DNA from: an uncultured Bacillota bacterium
GTDB taxonomy: Bacteria; Bacillota_I; Bacilli_A; RFN20; CAG-826
Assembly: GCA_949299565.1 (NCBI GenBank)
Contig: OX437086.1
Location: forward strand, 678,919 to 742,918
Length of the DNA stretch: 64,000 nt
Direction of reading: 5' to 3'
Shown here: in pieces, positions 60,973 to 64,000 of the stretch
How the letters are laid out: each line of letters opens with the position of its first letter
Numbering within the stretch: position 1 is the stretch's first letter
Notes under the pieces: model-generated
Databases searched by the model: none
What the model was told of the DNA's origin: nothing
The model's input: only the letters and a program-made list of their open reading frames with translations
Translations under genes and position numbers: made by a program

Positions 60973-63704
60973 CAGTCATTGATCCCGATGAAGATGGCCT
61001 CTTCAGGCTCGCTGCTCTTCTTCTTTTTCACGTCATCTCCAGAAGTTTTCTTCCGTTCGTGACGGAGAAGATTTTCAAGCTTTTGGAAATGAATTGCCAA
61101 GAAATTGCTAAGAGGCGCCAATAAGACCAAAATGAAGAGCAAGAGGAATAAGGATCCAACCAAGATTCCAAGATAAGTCATTCTCCACGCTTCCGGACCG
61201 ATTCCAAAGAAGAAGGCCCAACTAAAGAATGACAAAAGAGCGAATATAATGATATCTCCGGCTCCTTCAGAAACGCTTCTCGTTAAGCATGTCGCCTGGA
61301 ATTCTAGATTTCGCTTATCTTTTTCGCGCGAATCTTTCGCCAAAGAACGAGCTTTGTCAAGAATATAAGCGCAGAAGAGGAAACCTAACACGCCAATTGC
61401 AATTGCTCCTAAGGAAACGATTGGGGTAACTGGAATTCTTGTAAGCGAGAAGAAAGCTAGCGGCAATAAAGAAGAACCGGCAATCAAAACGTTCGCGACA
61501 ATTCCGCGGCTCAAACGGAAACGAATAAGGAAATAAACAGCAGCCGATAAAAGTCCGATTCCATAGCCGAGCCAAACGCTTTCAAGAGTCGGCAAGCCTG
61601 GTTCAATGTCGACAAAAGAAACTTCAGCATCGAGGCGATCGCCGGCGTAATAAACAGAGGCAGCCTCTAAAGCATCGCTCAAACTTGTATACTCGTTGCC
61701 GTTAACCCGATAATAACCCTCATTCATCAAATTGATGAGTGGCACTTCAAAATAATAAACGTCATAAACAATTCTGGAATATGAGTCAAAGACGTTTCCT
61801 TCTTCAAATATGACATCGCTATAATCGTCAGTCGCAAGCGGGAGATAGGTTTCTCCTTCATCGTTAGAATGTTCGATAAGCGGCAAGAAATCATCTTGCA
61901 ACTGCGAAACACTGGCCAATAAAAGCGTTTCTTCAGTCCCCGATTCAACCCGATATTCAATATTTAATGATGTCGCATCATCATAGGCGTTGCCGTAATT
62001 ATAAGGCGTTCCGCTTAAGGAGTTGAAAGTGGCGATACCGACGATTGAGGCGCACATCAAAGCGCCGAAAAGTCCGCCGATCCATTTCTTATGCTTAGCA
62101 AAATTCGTCGTTGCGTAAGGACCGAAATATGAAGGTTTTTCCTCTTTGAGCAAATTGGGAATTTTGCTGAGATCGCAGCCATAAATCTTGTCTAATTTGT
62201 TCTCGCTAGCGGCGTCGTTAGCAAGTAACCATCCTTCAAGACGCAAGATAAGAAGGTTGGTGACGCCGGAGAAGAAACCGCCTAAAACGAGAATCAAACC
62301 TAATTGTCCGACAGCGCCAGGAACTAAGGAATATACGCAAACACCGATTAAAATCGCGATGATCGAGGCGTCGAACACTGGCCAAAAGGTCTTTTTCATC
62401 GCTTCGTGATGCGATTTTTTAAGGGTTCGTCCTTCATATAATTGCTCTTTGATTTTGGCGAAGTAAACAACGCCGCCAAAAGCAGCAATCAAAGCCACGA
62501 GAATAAGACCCACAAGCGTTCCGATTCCGAATTGTGAAGAGAAATATGCATATAGAAGCATCGTGCTGAGGAGAGTAACTCCAACGTTGGCAGTGATGCC
62601 CAAAGCGCCTAAGCGATAGAAACAAGCGAGGACAACGATTCCGACAGCCAAAGAAATAAGCGAAGCGATTGCAGTCCAGCCAAGCGTTGGCGATAAGTGC
62701 CAATCTCCGGCAGTGATTAAAGGCTCGCTCGTTGGGGCGATATCGCTGTAATAAGCATAAGTAACATCATATCCCACGCCTTCACCGACGATGTCGGCAT
62801 AAGAAGAGGCGTTGAGCATATTCATATAGAAAAAGGCAGCTTTATAAGCGGCACCAGCCCTGCTTTCATCAAATTGTCCCGATTCAATCGCGCTCGAATT
62901 AGGAACAAGTTGAAGACGGGTATAATCTAAGTCATCGTCGCTATCGTCATACCAAGCCGAAGCGGCATTCTCGCCGAAAAGGAGACGAGAAGACATGTTC
63001 GGATCGTAATTCTCATTTTCAGAATCACTAGCTTCAGCAAAATTATCGCCTTCTTGCCGATTAGCCCAAAGAACCAAATAGCAATCAGAGCCTTCTTCTC
63101 CAGTGCTGGAATCAGGCGCTACAGTGTTTTCCTGACAATAATTGATAAGTTCTGCCAAAGGGCCGTCAGCTCCGGCTGCTTCATCATTTACCTCAACCGT
63201 GACGACAGGAATATCGTTCACATAACGGATATCGGCAGTATTGCCTTCAATCAAACGATTCTCAGTAAAAACATCGTATGAAGGCGCGCCGCTGACGATT
63301 TCTTCGTCAGTGCTACCAGCAGCCACCGTAATATTTTCACCGCTATAAGCCAAATAACGGGTGATATAATTATATTCAACTTCGTCAGCGTCTTGGGCTC
63401 TGATTTGAACTTTGATCGTGTTATAACCCTCTTTAATAACCGTTGAATTGACGCCCCATGTTTCTAAGCGCCGTTCCATTTCCTCGCTGACAGCGTCAAC
63501 GGCTTGATAGCCGTCATCCTGGATGTAATTATCAGGATCGACCCCGTTATAAGTTGTACCATGCTCAGAGATCTTGAAAACCAATTCACGCCCTGCTCCA
63601 TACGTCAAATCGGTATCCATGCTTGTGATAGCACTTCCGATCGTTGCAGCTCCGGCAAAGATTAAGGCAGAAGAGAGCAAAATATAAGCTAATTTACGTC
63701 GCAT
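60972..63704 (-). CDS. secDF: Divergent fused SecDF protein
   Basis: Two TM1/extracytoplasmic/5-TM halves; FYRLGA, FAKIKEQ, VFDAS, LDKAR resemble SecD/SecF motifs; ruvB-secDF-recJ-rel synteny; SD GGAGG before ATG 63704. Confidence 0.8.
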   Translation of the reverse strand: MRRKLAYILLSSALIFAGAATIGSAITSMDTDLTYGAGRELVFKISEHGTTYNGVDPDNYIQDDGYQAVDAVSEEMERRLETWGVNSTVIKEGYNTIKVQIRAQDADEVEYNYITRYLAYSGENITVAAGSTDEEIVSGAPSYDVFTENRLIEGNTADIRYVNDIPVVTVEVNDEAAGADGPLAELINYCQENTVAPDSSTGEEGSDCYLVLWANRQEGDNFAEASDSENENYDPNMSSRLLFGENAASAWYDDSDDDLDYTRLQLVPNSSAIESGQFDESRAGAAYKAAFFYMNMLNASSYADIVGEGVGYDVTYAYYSDIAPTSEPLITAGDWHLSPTLGWTAIASLISLAVGIVVLACFYRLGALGITANVGVTLLSTMLLYAYFSSQFGIGTLVGLILVALIAAFGGVVYFAKIKEQLYEGRTLKKSHHEAMKKTFWPVFDASIIAILIGVCVYSLVPGAVGQLGLILVLGGFFSGVTNLLILRLEGWLLANDAASENKLDKIYGCDLSKIPNLLKEEKPSYFGPYATTNFAKHKKWIGGLFGALMCASIVGIATFNSLSGTPYNYGNAYDDATSLNIEYRVESGTEETLLLASVSQLQDDFLPLIEHSNDEGETYLPLATDDYSDVIFEEGNVFDSYSRIVYDVYYFEVPLINLMNEGYYRVNGNEYTSLSDALEAASVYYAGDRLDAEVSFVDIEPGLPTLESVWLGYGIGLLSAAVYFLIRFRLSRGIVANVLIAGSSLLPLAFFSLTRIPVTPIVSLGAIAIGVLGFLFCAYILDKARSLAKDSREKDKRNLEFQATCLTRSVSEGAGDIIIFALLSFFSWAFFFGIGPEAWRMTYLGILVGSLFLLLFILVLLAPLSNFLAIHFQKLENLLRHERKKTSGDDVKKKKSSEPEEAIFIGIND

Positions 63705-63816
63705 TGTCGACCTCCGATGATGGAAGAAAAACCAGCCAAAAAGCCTGGCACGTGACACATTCTAAACGTCTCTGCCTCTTCTTTCAATAAACTAGAGCCC
63801 TAAAGGGCTATTATTT

Positions 63817-64000
63817 TTAAAAAGGAAGGTGCATTTGATGCGGTTTATGGAGATGTTGATAAGCTTTTTCAGTCACAACCCTCCCACGCGGAGTGCGGTT
63901 GACGAGCCCCGACATCACAAGGTAGGGTTCATAAACATCTTCGAGATTCGTAATCTCTTCCCCGATCGAGGCTGCGATAGATTCAAGTCCGACCGGACCG
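63817..64000 (-). CDS. ruvB: Holliday junction helicase RuvB, C-terminal part (cut by window edge)
   Basis: Manual translation [43 protein letters not shown]. Confidence 0.96.
   Translation of the reverse strand, partial: GPVGLESIAASIGEEITNLEDVYEPYLVMSGLVNRTPRGRVVTEKAYQHLHKPHQMHLPF

Noticed and set aside
63705..63758. ORF-track N-terminal extension of secDF
   Set aside because: A strong SD (GGAGG) precedes ATG 63704
1..64000. UGA-Trp recoding as in Mycoplasma
   Set aside because: Conserved genes translate full-length with TGG for Trp, and several end at TGA

Overview
Chromosomal core region of a genome-reduced, low-GC Bacilli lineage (Erysipelotrichales/RF39/RFN20-like by gene content; inference). 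It uses genetic code 11, with TGA as stop. It carries stripped-down versions of familiar Bacillus gene blocks: hemW-hrcA-grpE-dnaK-dnaJ-rsmE-mtaB, deoC-rpsU, ybeY-cdd-era-recO-glyQS-dnaG-sigA-trmK, ispH/cshB/nfo/ispG, rpmG-efp, plsY/parE-parC, yqeG-yqeH-nadD-yqeK-rsfS, and on the minus strand ruvB-secDF-recJ-rel-hisS-aspS-tkt-asp23-nusB-xseAB-dxs-dinB-xerD-deoB. The window spans the likely replication terminus: gene orientation flips from mostly + to all - at about 40.3 kb, exactly at a 28-bp dif site (40302-40329), with parEC about 3 kb to one side and xerD about 5 kb to the other. No rRNA, tRNA, CRISPR array, prophage or intact mobile element was seen, and I cannot claim a clear-cut new multi-gene system. 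The best leads are: (1) about nine genes with leaderless-type promoter architecture; (2) a SecDF lacking its ion-conducting Asp/Arg residues; (3) strong Lys depletion and acidity of all extracytoplasmic domains; (4) an M6 metalloprotease lipoprotein next to a C39-peptidase membrane protein with no ATPase; (5) clamp-binding-like tails on ParC and RuvB; (6) a variant CIRCE operator; (7) a Met-tipped EF-P.
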